DNA of 64,000 bases from Yuukianura sp. NJ FZ-2021 (lineage: Eukaryota). Position 1 is the first letter of the stretch; every line of letters begins with the position of its first letter. The position numbers and the translations under genes are program-made. Below are positions 1 to 14,905 of this stretch, piece after piece. A model generated the notes under the pieces. The model did no database searches. It was given only the letters and a program-made list of their open reading frames with translations, and was not told the DNA's origin. Location: contig CM102285.1 of NCBI GenBank assembly GCA_046563655.1, positions 13,330,001 through 13,394,000 of the forward strand. Reading direction: 5' to 3'.

Positions 1-3000
1 GTTGTACAGATTTTTTTTTCTGTGAGGCTGACCAGTTTGTGTTCAGTTTTCGGTTAGTTTGGTTTGAGTTTGGGGGAGAAAGTTGGAATTGTTGGGAGAA
101 AAGAATCGATGGGTCTCCTGCTGTTGATTCTAATTCAGAGTGATTTGTGGGTAGAGACAATGAGAGGGGAATTTAATTTCTGATAACTTTGATTCTGCGT
201 ATTGATTGTTCTATCGGTTGTACAGCCTGCTGTTCAAGTTAGGCTGGATCCACTTCCAGAAACCAATTGACTTTCACCATTCACTTTGTTTTTCAGTTCC
301 ATTTACTATTCCTTTTGTACATAATCTGCCAGCGTGACATTGTCGAAACCCGAACATTTTGTTCTGTAAGTAACTTTTGGTATATTCCACTTTCTATTGT
401 TTCGATTGTCTCCATTTTGGACTGTGAGAGTGACAGGGGTTATGATCCTAACGTTCTCTCCGTGGCAATGGGTCTGGAAATTAGTATCGATTTATTAATG
501 GGCTCACAGAGGACTCGGGCCGTCCATTGTCTCTCCTGCCTCATTCGTTTGTACTATAACTCACGTCCCATGCCAGAAAGCAGCATTTGGCCCATAATAA
601 ATTCTTCTAATAAAATAATATGGGAGGCAGCAGGAACTGCTATCCGTTTCCCATCTTTTAATAAGAAGACCACCACAAACAAGGGACTTTTACTTTGGTA
701 GAGAAAACGATTAGATGAGTAAGCAAAGAAAACCTGGAGAAAGGAGGAGGTGGATTAAAGTGACTCTGAATCTTGGACTACTAGGTTCCCATAAATCCCA
801 ATCTAAGTAAAGCCAGGCTTAATATTCTTAAGTGAAATCAAAATTAGTTCATAGAAAAGACGGCACATGGGCCAGAGATGGTCATGACCCGGGAAGAGTC
901 TTAGCCTTGTCGTTGTGTGCCTGTATTTTGGCAGTCACCCAAATGAGAATCAATGGATCTCCATCTTACTTTTATTATTAGTTTTTCCCTAAAGCAAAGG
1001 AAACAGCAACTTTTCTTGTTTTTTTGTGGTAAAAGTTCGTATCAAAACTTCCGCCAATCAAAATCCGGAATCTGAGTCTGCATTTTTAATAAATAGAGGT
1101 TGGTTTGCAGACTGGTGCTTACTTTCTCCTGGTTTTTATTAATCATCAGCGCACGCGAAGAATATTAGTTGGATGGATTCTTTTTATGGGACTTGATTAC
1201 AAAAGAGGTTTCGTGTGGAGCAGAATGCTTTTTCTTGTGGTTTTGGTGTTGGAAGCCTCCACCCTAACATGGTTTTGGCCTATCTTAATTCCTTGGCGTG
1301 ATTATTACAGGGGACAGGTGAGGGGACATTACAAAGAGTCCTCATTATACCTCAATCTAAAATTTATAAAGGTGAGGCTTGGAATTAATGGGCTAATAAC
1401 TGAGGAGGTTTCAGCTTTTTCCTGGTCGTGGACAATAGCAAGGGAGAAAGTAGGCCGTTAATTATGAAAACTAAGTTCGTGTTTCCTTGATTGGCTACTT
1501 TGCTCATTTTTGCCAAATAGTAGTTTAAATTGGACTTAATTGATTATTTTTTGTGCCGGGAGAGAAAGTTCTGCGACGAACGACAAACGAAAAAGTTTCG
1601 AAGGACGATGGAATTTTTTAGTCCGTTGGAAAATTTAAAAAAATTAAACAAACTCGTCCAAACATGCCATAATTTTGAAGATTTTTAATGCATTTTGAAA
1701 CTCTTTATGAAAAAAAAAACTAAATGAATCAATGAACTAAAAAGCAATGTTTAGCGTAATAATTTGTGCAAAATTTTATTTTTTCTGGCGGTGTCATGAA
1801 TTTTCAACTGAAACAGAAGTGAGGTTGTTTTTCTCATCAGAACTCATTAGGTTGTGTTTTTTCATTTTCATTTTGTTGTCAGAAATTTTGAAAAGATGTT
1901 TGAACACACAAAAAAGTTTAGAAATTCTGTTTTTCGTGGTGAAAGTTTTGTGGTTGGCTGGAACTGCGGCAGCACATGTGCGGATGCTTAAGGACGTTGA
2001 GAGGCGGGAGAGCGAATGACTTTGGTCTTTTGTGATTGATTTCCTGGTGATCCTCTTATGTATTTTCTTTTCTGTTGGGTTAATAAGCGTTTTGGTGGCT
2101 GGAGGTGACGGAGACTATTAGTTGTGTGGGTTTATTAGTTAGGAGAGAAAGAAGAAGAAGTGGTGAAAAGACTAAAGGCCTCGCTGGGCTCTGTTTGCTT
2201 TTGTCTTCCATTTTCTCATAAGGGACAAGGGAAAGTCTTCAGGAAAAGACAAGGAAAGTGAAGGAGATGATGTGAATGACGTCCTTCGGAGGCTCTGCAC
2301 TTTCCCATCTTATTATTATTATCATCTTCCAAACTTTTTCTTCTTCCTTCATCTCCACTTTCTCATTAACCAGACAAATCTACCAGCAGTTTCAGCAGTG
2401 GACAGTATAGCTTCACTCCCAGGCATTCTTCAACTTCCTTTCTAATTTCCTTCTTTTCTTTCTTCGTTTTTCTACTTTTTTCGATTTTTTTTTGCTCATT
2501 TTCGATTTTTGTTAGGTTTTTCTACTTTTTCTCGCTTTTTTTTTGTGAAGTTGAGTTAGGTATGTTTTTCGTCGTACAGAAAATGGGTGGTGGGTGGAGG
2601 ATGTCAAGAGAGTTCTGAGAATACATTAGTCTTGGACAGATCTTAGTGTTTTTGTGGATGTGTTTTGTTAATTTAGTGATTGTTGTAATGGGAGTGAGGA
2701 GAGACAGAATTTGGAGAATTTTGAAAATGGAACAACCAGTTGGTTCAGTTAGAAAGTAGTAAAAAAAAGTTTTGTTGAATTGAATCCAATCCTGAGGAAG
2801 ATTCATGGGAGAGTGAGGCAGTGCCAAATTGGTTCCTGATTGTAAAAAGTGAAGTAATTTGGGTAGTGTTTGGTCGCTGTTCCAATTTTTAAATGGTTCT
2901 TTTATGGCTTGAGTCACTTTTAGTTGATAGTTTAAGACTTTTGTAGAGGAACTAGCTAGAGCAGGAGTTGTGAAAAACGGAGGCGTTAATGTTAAAATGA

Positions 3001-6000
3001 GGCTAGAATGACAATTAACTTTCTCCCTCCTCCTCCTCCGTCGTCAATCAATTGTTTTCTCCAACTGGTTGCTGTACCTTGCTTTGATTGTTGTTTTGTT
3101 GGTGGTTGAATGGTGTGGTGGCGATGTAATCCTGGAGGATTAGACTTTTGGTAAACTAATCCTCTGAGGGATGATGACAATCCCAATTCCTTTTCGCTTT
3201 CTCTTCCTCGGAGAAAGTCAGATTTGTATCTCTTGTACTCGTGGTTAGTTTTTGGATCGAGGACGAAGCGGTCAGTAGTTTACGAGACCACTGTTCGGAA
3301 CGCGGGTTCAATTCCTTGTAAGTTTTGTATTTTTTTGGACTGTTGAACTCTCCTAAGAGGGAGAAGGAGTCACGTAGAAAGTTCCTGCTTGAGAGCTGCC
3401 CAGCTGACCTCGCTATCAATGGGAAATCAATGTTTTTTTTCTCATGTGGGTTTTGTGTAGCTGTAACATTGTGGAAGATACGCTGTACTGTTCAAATCCT
3501 GTGGGAGAAAGCGCAGAATCAATACTGACCTTTGGGTTGCAGAAAAACGTCTGCTGACATGAGGTGAATTTTTAGACCAAACGTAACCTACCTAACATAG
3601 GAGCTTTCACTATAGTTTTTTTTTGGACCTGCACTTGTTGATGTTGGGAAAAGTGCATTTGGAGAGGAATAGAACCAGTTTCCGTTTGATGGGTCCTAAA
3701 GAAAGGAGTGCGAAATCGTAAAGTCCAAGGCCATTTCATTTTTCTTGTTGCAATAAAACGGAAACTGCTGCACTTCCATTTTTTGCAAGAAAAGTGCTGC
3801 ACCGGTCGTGATCTTGAACTTGTTGGCAGCTTTGTGCGTTGCAGTTTGGATAAGATAGAGTCAATGAACTGCTGAAGTGCTGTTTCTATTTGTTTATGAA
3901 AAAAGTGTAACAGTTTTTTTTTGAAAATCGATGAACGTGCAGTTGCATTACGCAGTGGAGGTAGAGGGTTGTTGCAGAAGGGGATGATGACAGGCATAGA
4001 TGGATGTTTATGGTGACCAGAAGGGAAGGAGAGAACGTGGAGAAGAGATCCGCTGTTTCATATTTTTCTGCTGAAGGAGGAAACATCTTCATCTTCTGAG
4101 AGAGAGATGCAGTTTAGGAAGTTGGTCCTAAACGAATCTGGCATTGAATCTTTTAGTGTTAGTTTTCTTCAGCTAAAAATAGAAGATAGATTTTGAATCT
4201 CTCCCTCTTTCCAGTCTTTCTTGTTTGAGTTCTTGCATGGTTCGTGCTTATTGGATTGAATAGTTGAAATTAATAGCTCGTCTAAAACTGGCTCTCATTT
4301 TGACTTTTTTGCTTTTCGTTCTTAATTCTCCCTCCTCCACTTTTCCTAACTTATTTCTGGGAAGTCTAAAATTTAGGATTCTAAAATTCCTGGTTTTCAT
4401 TTATGTTGAAAATGTTCTCTGAAACGAGAGGATGATGTAAGAGATTAAAAGAATCTGTGAGGAAATTTTGCATAGCAGAGATCAATCGGGTTGTGCTAAT
4501 GTTTGGATGGGCAAATTGCCTATTTCTCTTTTCTCTTCTAATAAGTTTTAGGACTCAATTTCCAAAGTGCTAATTTGGTTTTAGAGTAAAAATAGAATCG
4601 GAGGAGGAAAAAATTTGAAAAAGAAGTTTTTTTTTTGGTTTTTGGAGCGAAAAAAGGGCGGAAATTATTAATAGCTCCAGTTTCTCATTTTATATAAATT
4701 AATAGACCTAATAAAAATGAAATACGGTGGAGTTTTCGGGTTAATATTTGAATGTGACAGGATTTTAATTTGTAAAATGAAACAGGAAAAACTCAAAATT
4801 CAGAAGCCAAAAATCACAACTTTTCCAGAATTAATTTCTTGGTTCATGGCGGGCGTATCTAACTTGTTTTTGAATTTAGTAATGTAAAATCTACACATTA
4901 GAAATCATCACAGAACTACAAAATTTGAAATCTCTCTAGTTCAAAATCATAAAAATATTAAACGGATTTAAACTTTGGGCAAATTAGTTATTTTCCAATT
5001 TGAAAATTTAAGTTTTGACTTTTTTGTTATTGTTTTAAAAGTAGTTTCGCAAAAATTGAAAAATAACACCTTTTTTTTAGTATTTCTGATTTGAATCGAT
5101 GTTATGGATTTTTATTATGATGGGAGTGCTGATCAATTTCTACTTTTTCTGGAAATAGATGATGATGAATGTGAGTTTTCGGATGGAATTATGAAAAACG
5201 GCCTGGAAGAACAAAGGGCGGAAGATTTTGTGTGTGTGTGTGATGTGGGATTACGTCATGAGTGGCAGGTTTCGTTGAAGTGACAAGTGAAGAGGATCGA
5301 TATGTTGTGTCGGCTGAGGGAGAAAGTGCACAGAGTGCAGTGCATGGGCTTTTATGGACTACTTCCCAGAGGAACACGAACATTGTTGTCCTATCTTACA
5401 CTTTATACCAAAAAACGAAGGTTTTTTCAGCATCGGGACATTTCTAGCCATAAAAAACTGCTAGGAGCAAGGGGGATGAAAATTTTCACCCTAAAGTTAG
5501 GGTAGGGTGAAAAAAACTGCATATGCATTGCATCTTCTGCTGAATCGATGGCTTTGACTCCCACTTCTTACCCTTTACATTTCACCCTCCCAAATTATTT
5601 ATCAGGCTTTTCTTTTTTTCTCCTTGGACGAAGGAAAAGTGGGGTGAAAAGCTTCCTTTTTTTCACAATTAGGAAATAGAAAAAAAAAGTTGAGTAAGGG
5701 CAAACAGAGAGCTTAGTCATACACTTTAGGAGGATGGAATTAGAAATTACGTTTTTTCTAAACTTTTTTCCCGCTAACTTTTTTACATTGGAGAAAGGAG
5801 GAAGGAGAAAGTTAGCATAGGCTTAATGCGTTGTTCCAGGAAACTGACGGACATGCTTAAAAACAAATCCCTGATTGTGTTCTTGTTCTAGGAGAGTTAA
5901 TGGGTAACGAATTAGATTTTGTAGGATTTGAGGTGGTAGGAACTTGGAGTTTTAGAAAATCTGGTTTTTCTCCTGGATTTAGAACAGCAGAGTGAAAATT

Positions 6001-9000
6001 TGGAGATTTGTGCTTTCCCTTTTCTTCGATTCTGGCTGGACTTGAAACATTTTTCTCCCGGGTTCTGTTCGTTTCTCTTTTAGTTTTACTTTTTTTGGAA
6101 GTAGCAGAGTAGTTAATTGAATAAAGTCCTTAATTCCCAGCTTGTTTTCCAAAATGTCCAGAGATTCTGGTGGATTCGTTCAGAGCTTTAGGAAGGAATT
6201 ACAGCAAACCAAGCAGAGTTTGTGTTTTGGGCAGCTGAGGCCGCGGAATGTGTCAAGTCCACCTTGGAAATGACTTTGGACAAACATGATTTGGACAATC
6301 GGTTTTGGTTTGGTTTTTAGCAGGAAAGTTTGAATTTGGGAAAGCTTTTTCGCGATGACGTATCTATGTACTAATGAATTTTACAGATGTGGGAAACTTA
6401 AAAACTTTTGAGTGGAATAATAATTATACAGTCGTTGGATTCTGATGGCTAACGGCCCATGTCGAAATGTTCTTGCCTTGTGAGTGTTTAATTTGCGTCT
6501 CTGTACTTTTTTGTTGAGAATTTGTAGAATTTAGGAGATTAATTTGTGAGCCTCGCCTCCTGTCAGAAGAGTGACAATATTTTATTTTTTAAAGTCTCAA
6601 TTTCTAATTGGCAGAGCAGAAGATGAGGATGATAGGTTGATGGCATATGGTCCGTGGAGAGAGGAAAAAAAGATGTTTGAGCAAGCAGCAGTGCTTAGGA
6701 AGCTAGTTTTTTAAGTAAAAAAAACCGGAGATGAGCAAAGATGTGCTTCTTTCGTCTTTTTTTTAATTGCACGAGTATTTAAAAATAGGCTGGCAGTCTT
6801 CCCCTGTTTCAACTTTTTTTGCCTCTGCAATCATAAAACTTTGGATCAGGAAAGGGAAGACACAAGACGTCAAGGACAACTTTTGCTAACCCCTTGTACA
6901 GATTTGAAAGAAATTTTTCAGTTTTTTTTCAAAATGCTTATGAAAACTGAAAACTGAAGCCCGACTTGAATTTGAACTGGAAATTCAGAATCTGGAAGTT
7001 TTCTTGTATTGCAACCGGAAACTAAAAATTCAAGTTTATTATCAATTTGAGTTACAAATCAGAAGTTAACTGAGACGCCCGTGATATGTGTTTTTTTTTT
7101 GGATTGTTTTTACAAAATTGAAAAATTGAGTTTGGGTTTTTCTGAATAACTTTTTTTTTTTGGGTAATTCTGTTTTCTTTTTCTTCTTAGGGTCGAAGGT
7201 CAAACGTTTTTTTACACTTCTTTTTTGAGGTTTGTATTTTCCAGTTGAAAGTGAAGATGCAGAGGATGTTAGAGTGAAGTTATGGTAGTGTAACTGCAAA
7301 AGTAGAAATGGTTAGGATTATTAGGAGAGATTTTTAGGGATTAAGTTTTTTGGAGGAGTTAAGGATGTAGGATGTATAAATTTAGAGGAAGAAGAAGATG
7401 AGAAGCAGCTAGTTCTTAATTGGGATCTCTCTCCAGCTCCTTTCTCCCTTCCCTTACTCTACATTGGCTTTAATCAACTGAAGAACATGAGCAGAGCCAC
7501 CAGTAAATTGGATTAAGGAACTTCCAGAATTAAGGCACAACAATTTTTAACCATTAATTACTCCCATCCAACTTTCTCTCTGCTACTACTTACTCGTAAG
7601 ACCTAACTTGACTAACAGAATTAAGAACTTTCTCTTTCCAATTGACAGCCAGGGTCACACGGGATCAGTTTCACAACTTCAACTTTTACTACTCTCCTCA
7701 ACTAATCCCTTAATTCGGAAATTACCAATTGATTAATTGGTTAATCTAATTAACTTGATGCTTTTTAAGCTAGGCCTAACTTATTCCAGCCTAACATTGG
7801 CTCAAAGGAATCTAAACTTGCTACCAACTTTTTAGTTCCAGAATGAGCATGTTCCACCTTTAAATTTGTGTGTGGAGGTTTTCAGTAACAATTTTGGAGA
7901 ATTTAACAAAACATGCAAAATGGATTTTTTATGAGTTTAACTGCGTCAAAAATATAAGTTTAGTGAGTTTTAGCGATCATTGACCAAATCCAAGCTAGTT
8001 TAGTGAAGATAGAGCCTTCAGTTGTGCTATCAAGATTTGGAAGTTTTCAGGAGGAAATCCGATTTGGATTGTGCTACGGTTAGCTTTAGCTTAGGTTTGA
8101 ACGTGAGCTGGAAAAAAGTGAGGGAAAGTTGAAAAAGTGAAAGTTGAAGTTGGAAACGAGGTAATTAGGCACATTTAATGACTCCAACTGCTTGTTCTTG
8201 GAGACCAAATGACCAGTGTCCTTTTGATTTCTTGTGTTTTGGCTACTACTTTCACTTGGGTTTTCTGACGGTGTGTCCCCTCCCCCAATGGCGACAGGCA
8301 AAGAAGTGGGCAGCGACATGCGAGAGACTCATTACGCTTTCTGTGACTCTAATCTCCAAAGACGTGTAATTACTTAAGAAGTTCCACACAAAAGTCCCAA
8401 CCACCACGAAATTCTGCCTTCTTATGCAACTCTCCGCCCCACCCGCTCCAAAGTTGTTGTTTTGTTTATTGGATTTTGCCAAAAACAAAAGGAAATTGGC
8501 ACTGGAGAGACTCTGGCGAAAGTTATGGGCTGAGCTTTAGGATTTCTGGAAAAACGAGAGGAAATTCATTTGTAGAAGAATCCGATGGGCGCGAGATGTG
8601 AACTCTGAACAAACATCTCTCTACGCCTAACAGTTGAGTTCCTTCTTCTGTTTTTTGGTAGATAATTAAATTTGATTAGGAGAAAGTAAGTTCTGGCGGG
8701 AGTGTTGAATGGGGAGAAAACACCAGGAAGTAGGAAGGAGAGCTTAAGACAGTGGGATTAGTTGAGGCAAAGGAAGGCTCAGTGCACTAATGGGATTAAA
8801 CAGTTCCCTTCCGATTTCCTCTACTGATACATCAGATCGCTTAAACAAAATTACAATTCCCACAGCGTCCGAAGTTCCACTTTGGAAGAACCAAAGAGAG
8901 AAAGCAGTAGAGCAAAGTGGAAAAATTTGGAAAAGAAAGTTTTCTGAGATGCTGTAATTAGTTCCTGTTCCGAGGAATTTTTTCAATAGAATTTCCAATT

Positions 9001-12000
9001 TTTGCAGTTTTGATTTTTGTGAAAAAAAACAACAAATTTTAGCAATGTGAATTGTAGCAGCTTTGAAATTTTGGTTAGAAAACAATGTTGGTCAAAACAA
9101 CAACTTAACTGAACTTTTCGATTCTTTTTTTTTTGTGTTTCTTTATTTGAAAATTTTGGAAATGGAATTTAATTTGTCAATTTCATTTGCAGAGAAAAAC
9201 TTAAGACAAAATGGTGACAGTGATTGATTTTTTTAGCAGTGTTTTTTAAATTTTAATTGAAAAGGATGATGGAGCAAGAGGTGTTGGTTGAGGATTGACT
9301 TGAAGAGGACACAGGTTCGAAGGCTCTGTTGTGTGGTGGGGCTGATGAATTGTGGATGATGTTAATCTTGGTAAATGACTCCTTCCAGATGAGGAAGATG
9401 AGGCAGGATTTTATTCATTCACACCTCTGAGATTTACAAAGTGTGCCTTTCATTCATCTTCTAATGAATGCGGGAATAAGGATGAGCAGATGCCACAGGA
9501 ATCCCATTCATTCAACAACAAACAACTTTCTGGTTTCATCTAATGTGGTTTCTTGATTCTTAATTGACATTTTCTGACTTTAATTGACAATTTCTGGAAA
9601 GTTGCACACTACACAGTTTCAAGTTGATTTGGGGTTTTTTATGCTGTTGATTAGTTGACGTTGTTTTATTGATTACTCAGATTTTTATGAATTCGCAAAG
9701 TTCAATGCCGGAAAAATTCAATTCGGTAAAAATGGTGCTGGGAAATGTTCTTTAGTTTTAGTTTTGCTCCAAGGAAGTTGGCTTTTTTCTATTTTTCTTT
9801 TCCTCTTTGATGTGCTAAGTTCAGAGAGGTTTTTGTACCAAACAAAATTAAAGTTTTAGTGTGAAACCACAATTTTGGCAGTTTTTAATTAAGTTGACTC
9901 CAGGTGAGCGAGTGTGGTTAATGTTGATCCATCTTCTTCCAGAATCCAGAAAGAGCGTAGATTGTACTTGTAGTGCTTGGAGTGAAACTGTAATTAAATG
10001 TGAGAAAAGCCGTGGGAGTTGGATTGTGGCAGTTCTTAATTTGAGGTTCTTTACGATGCAATTAAACATCTCCATTTAAGCTCTTTGGCTGCACAGCTCC
10101 ACACCTCCAGTGGAATTCATTGTTATTTTCTCCATTCCAATTCATTGTTAAGTTTCTCCAACTCCAAATGTAGCTAAAGTGTCAGTTCTCCCCAGGATTT
10201 TGCTGGATCTTGAGAAATAGAGACGCTGGAAGTTCCTTTTGCGGAGTCTAAATAATATAATAATAAAATATAATAAAACTCAGATTTGAAGTCGTTGAAA
10301 TAAAGACAATTGGATGGTTTTGACAAGAGTTTTGGAGGAATGCTGGAAGATCCGGGATGGGAGTTTAAATGAGGAGCATTGAACCGTGTTGCTCATTGTT
10401 AACACGAGTTCTTTGCATTTGATGGGAATGTGAGATAGAACGTTTGGCTTGGGAGGCTTCCTTCTCAGATGCTAATGAGGGAAGATGTGTGTGGTGACGA
10501 AGATTGTGATCTGGAGGATTCCTTCTGGAGAGGATCCAGGATGTTTAAACTTAAGGCTTAATGAGAGTTCACTCCAGCAGATCCAGATTCTTGTGAGGAA
10601 TTCATGCTGTGGTTCTCCTCTTGGCATGAAGTTTGACCCCAATTGGCCTCTTTAGCACCTGGAAATACCTCTGTGTCATGGACACAATGAGAGAACTTGT
10701 AAATTCCTACTATTTAATTGAGAAGATGAAAAATCTTCATTGTTCAGCACATCATCAGAGTTGTGCTTGAGCATACGTCGTCCAAAGGTTTAAATTTTGA
10801 ATTGTAAACTGTGAGGTTTTACTCGATTTTTAGGTCTACTGAATGCGAATCTTGGTTTTGAAGTTTTGGAATACTAAATCCAGTTTCAAAGTCGCAAAAA
10901 AAAGTTGTTGTTTTTTTTAAATTCAAGACTTGAATTCAGTTCTGGAAAGTTCACAGCATGCTGTTTGAGAAAAACGTTGGGGATGGCTTAAAACGTCATG
11001 TAAGTGAAAAAGAAGGGGAAAAAAAAATAAAAATTGTGTGAAAAATTTGCCAAAAAATTTTCTTTCGCGGGATCCAAAAAATTTTGGGTCCAGTTTGAAA
11101 ATTTCAAAAAAAAAATTTTTTTGGACTCATTCCACCTTTCCACCATTCCACGTTGCATGGTGTGAAAATAGGTTTGGAGTGGGTTCGGGAAAAAATGAAA
11201 AACATGATCTTTGATGGAAATGGTCACCTCTTCCCTCCATTTTCGGAAAGTTCATCATTTTTTTTTTTTTTTTGCGGAAAACGATTGGAAACGGCTTAAA
11301 ACGTCGTAAAAAGTTCAAGCGAAAAAAGAAAAAGCAGTTTCAACTCAAGTGAAAAATGAAAAGCAATACGGCTTTCTACGTAGCCTCAAATTGAATTTGA
11401 ATTTGAAAAATGTAAAAAAGCTAAGGCATTTTCGATTGAGTGTTTGAAGTCATCTGTCTTGAGTTTGAGGTCAAGTGGAGATGATGACATTCCTTGATGT
11501 TTTTTTCTTGTGATGTGGAATTTACGGGAGTTACGTGCAAAGTGTTTGCTCAAGGAATTACGTGCTTATGTTCATATTTATTTCCGATTTATGCTGTTGA
11601 TGGACTAGAAATTATGAGATGTTTCTTCTTCTCTCAGAGAGTAATAAGACAATGGAGAATGATGACTACGCTTTAAGGGTTGGTTGAGGAGATGGAATTG
11701 TTGTGGTTATGGACTTTTACCTTAATAAGAGCTTTATGATCTTTCTCTCAAGAGTGAAGAAGATCGTGTTGGAATTGGAGTCATTAATCCGTTCTTCATC
11801 TGCCAAAAAGTCATCGTACGTGGCAATTACATAATTCTCAGAGCTCAACAACACTTTACGTGCTCATGCCGTGAGTAATGAATTTTTGTGTAATTTTCCA
11901 CAACGTTCGATGAAATGAAGAACACTGGAGGGTGTAAGTAATTTTTAAGTTGGGTTTAAGTTCAAAGTGCGATAGAATAGTGGAAGTTCTGAGGAAATGA

Positions 12001-13232
12001 GGATTTTAGGGTGATTTGTTTACTTTGATCATTTTGCGCGTCTTGGTTATCTCTTCTCTTAACCAGAATTGTGTACATTACCTTGTCAAGAAGAACAAAC
12101 AAAAAGAGGAACAGAGTGCGAATCGGGTTTCTGTCTCGCCACAAAATTTTTTAAGTGGAAAAGTTGTAAAACTAATTAAAGTAAAATTTAAAAAAAATGA
12201 AATTTGAAATTTTGAAAATTTAAATTTTTTAAAGTGAAAAGGAAAGCGTCTCCGGATTTCCAATAGTAATTGGCATGAGTGAATCTACGTGTTAATTAAT
12301 TATATCTGTGTAATTTTTATGGTATTGATGAGAATTTTTTGTCAATTTTTTTAACCGACTCGAAACTTATTCAAACTTGAAATTTTTACTTTCCCGGTGG
12401 AAATTGAACAGTAATTGGTTGAGAATAGAATTTAAGTTTTTCTAAATAAAGGTGGATTGCTGCTCTCGGATTCTCTGGAGAGTGATTAGACGTCTTGTTC
12501 TGGAAACTAGTTTTTAATCAACGTTAGTCTTTTCTTTGTTCTAACTTTTCTAAAAAGAAACATTTTCTAAAAAAGGGAGCAGACTTTCCAAACTTCCAAG
12601 TTAACAAATGATTTCCTTTTGTTTTCTAGCCAAAACCAAAACTCAGAGAGTGAGATGTTGTTGTTTTTGGACGTAGATGAAGGCACGTTTGTTGTCAATT
12701 GATCGTATGGAGTTTTATACACCTTGGTTAGGTAAAGTGGCGGTTGAGTTTGACTAATCACTGGGTCAGACGTTAGGTCGTGATGTTTGGACTCGTGGTC
12801 TTATTTGGACGGAAGAAGTGAAATTGCATTGGATCTCCTGTTATGGTTAGAACACTCGCAGTATACTTGATTTTATTTGCATCCAACATGATTAATGGGA
12901 GCAGGAAGGAGGGCTCAGAGCGCCACAATCTAATTTCTTTTCCTTATTTCTCTGTCATGGAGGCTGTAATTAAAGGTGGAACGTGACTGTTGGACATAAT
13001 AACAACGAAGATTCGATTATCAAAGTGAAGATGAAATTAAAGGATGCTGTGTTTTTATTTATTTATGACGCTTTATAAAGACTCTTCCGATCTTCAACTG
13101 GGAAAATGTAGAGAAAGAGATCTAAAGAGACTATCGGCGGAAAAAATCTTGAATTAAAAAAAATTAGTCACTGGCTGTTTGAGCTCTTGCCGACTTGCTA
13201 CGGGACCCCACAATGCGAAAATGAGTTTTCTG

Positions 13233-13245
13233 AGGTCAGTGACCT
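13233..13245. promoter_or_regulatory. Perfect IR1 palindrome, ecdysone response element consensus (EcR/USP)
   Basis: AGGTCA-G-TGACCT, extending to GAGGTCAGTGACCTC and followed by another GGGTCA half site. Confidence 0.6.
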
Positions 13246-14892
13246 CGGGTCAACTTGATTTTTAATTTTAGTGATCTGTAGGATGCTGATATAGGAAAGT
13301 ATAGAATTCGTTTTGGTTTGAAGGGATTAATTGTTTTGTTGGTTAAACAAAAGATTTGATGAGGTCTCGACTAGTGTGGCTCTTGGCACTTGATTTATTA
13401 CGTCTGTGAGCAATTTTGGAAATTTTAGTTTGTTCTTTGTGAGATGCGGTTGTTGGGAAGACCGCCCTGGAAGATCTTTGTTTAATGAAGCAATGACATC
13501 TGAGAAGAGGCTGATTAAAAGTCTGGTGGTGGTGCATGGGCTGATTCTGAAAGTACTAGAAAAAGAGCAATTATCGCCTGGGCTAACAGATAACAATGGA
13601 AGTGTCCATTTTGACTCAGTCAGGAGTCAGGGTCACCTTAACTTTTGTTTGAACTGGCTCCCTAGGATTGTGCTGGGGGGTCCCTAATCTTAAGTGGACT
13701 GTTGAAGAGAGTTCTGGAAGCATAATTAATATGAAGGATGATGAGGAGAGGAGAGAGAAATGAATTGATGCAAAGATGAACTCAAAGTTGTTTGAATCTC
13801 GACTACTACTGGAGCCAGTCACCCTAACTAAAGTAAAGTATTAGGAGACGGGTTGGTTCGGAAGTCTCAATTCCTTGTTTCAAATTGAAACTTCCAATTC
13901 ATCATCTTTTTCTAAACGACTTGACTCTCGACTCATTCAGTTGGAATTAATAAACTTCATCTTCATTTCTATTTTGAACTTTATAAAGGGAGGCTGAGAT
14001 CCATTTTGTATGAGCTTCCTCGTCCTCGAGCGACTTCAGAATTGACTCATGTCAGTGTTGATTTTTTAAATTTTGGATTGAAATTTTGAAAATAGCACAG
14101 GAGAAAGTGTTAGTGACTGGTTTGTGCCAGAAAGAAAGTTTGCATAGGGAGATTACTTTGTAGAAATCAATCAGACAAGGAGAGAAAGTGACGACAATGA
14201 AAACTCTCTTCTTCTGTGCATCTTTGCATCATTTTGTGAACTAGGGAGAAAATATACTCAATTTCCGAGTCTTTTGTGTTCAAAAGAGGATCCTGTTAAA
14301 ACCAATTGAGATTAAGGTACGTTTTTTCATTGTTGTATTATTCAAACTAGGATTTTGGAAATGGAAACCTAGTGTATGTTAACATTGGAGAAGGCAAACA
14401 AGGTAAAAAGTGCTTTTGGTAAGGTTTTTCTTGAAGGAGAAAGTCTTGACAATGACTTTCTCTTGGTGGTGGTAAATATTCAACTGATTTGAGATTGGAG
14501 CTACCGTGTGATCCATTAGGTCGAAAGGAAGAAAAGTTGACTGGGTTTTCGGTGTAATTGATGAAACGGAAGGATAAGCGATGGCGGGTAAGAAGTGAGA
14601 GTCACATTGCTTCGCACGAAGTTCCGGGCAATATGATTTAAAGTTGCCGAGGGTGGCGTTGGAGGCGGGAAAAAGTGAAATTGGAGAGTAGTACAGAAGT
14701 AGAATGGAATTTATGACTATGACTTTTCACTTTGATTCTCCGTTTTTCCATTTCATGGAGATGCATTTGTAATTTAGTTGATTTGTTTTTATGTTCTGAA
14801 CACGTTTGAAAGCAAGAGGGAAGAGAGTGAGAATGTAGAGAGTTCAGAGGGAATCGATGGTTTGTGATGACAGTGCAGTTGGAGATGATCTA

Positions 14893-14905
14893 AGGTCAAA
14901 GGTCA
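14893..14905 (+). promoter_or_regulatory. Perfect DR1 nuclear-receptor element
   Basis: AGGTCA-A-AGGTCA. Confidence 0.5.
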
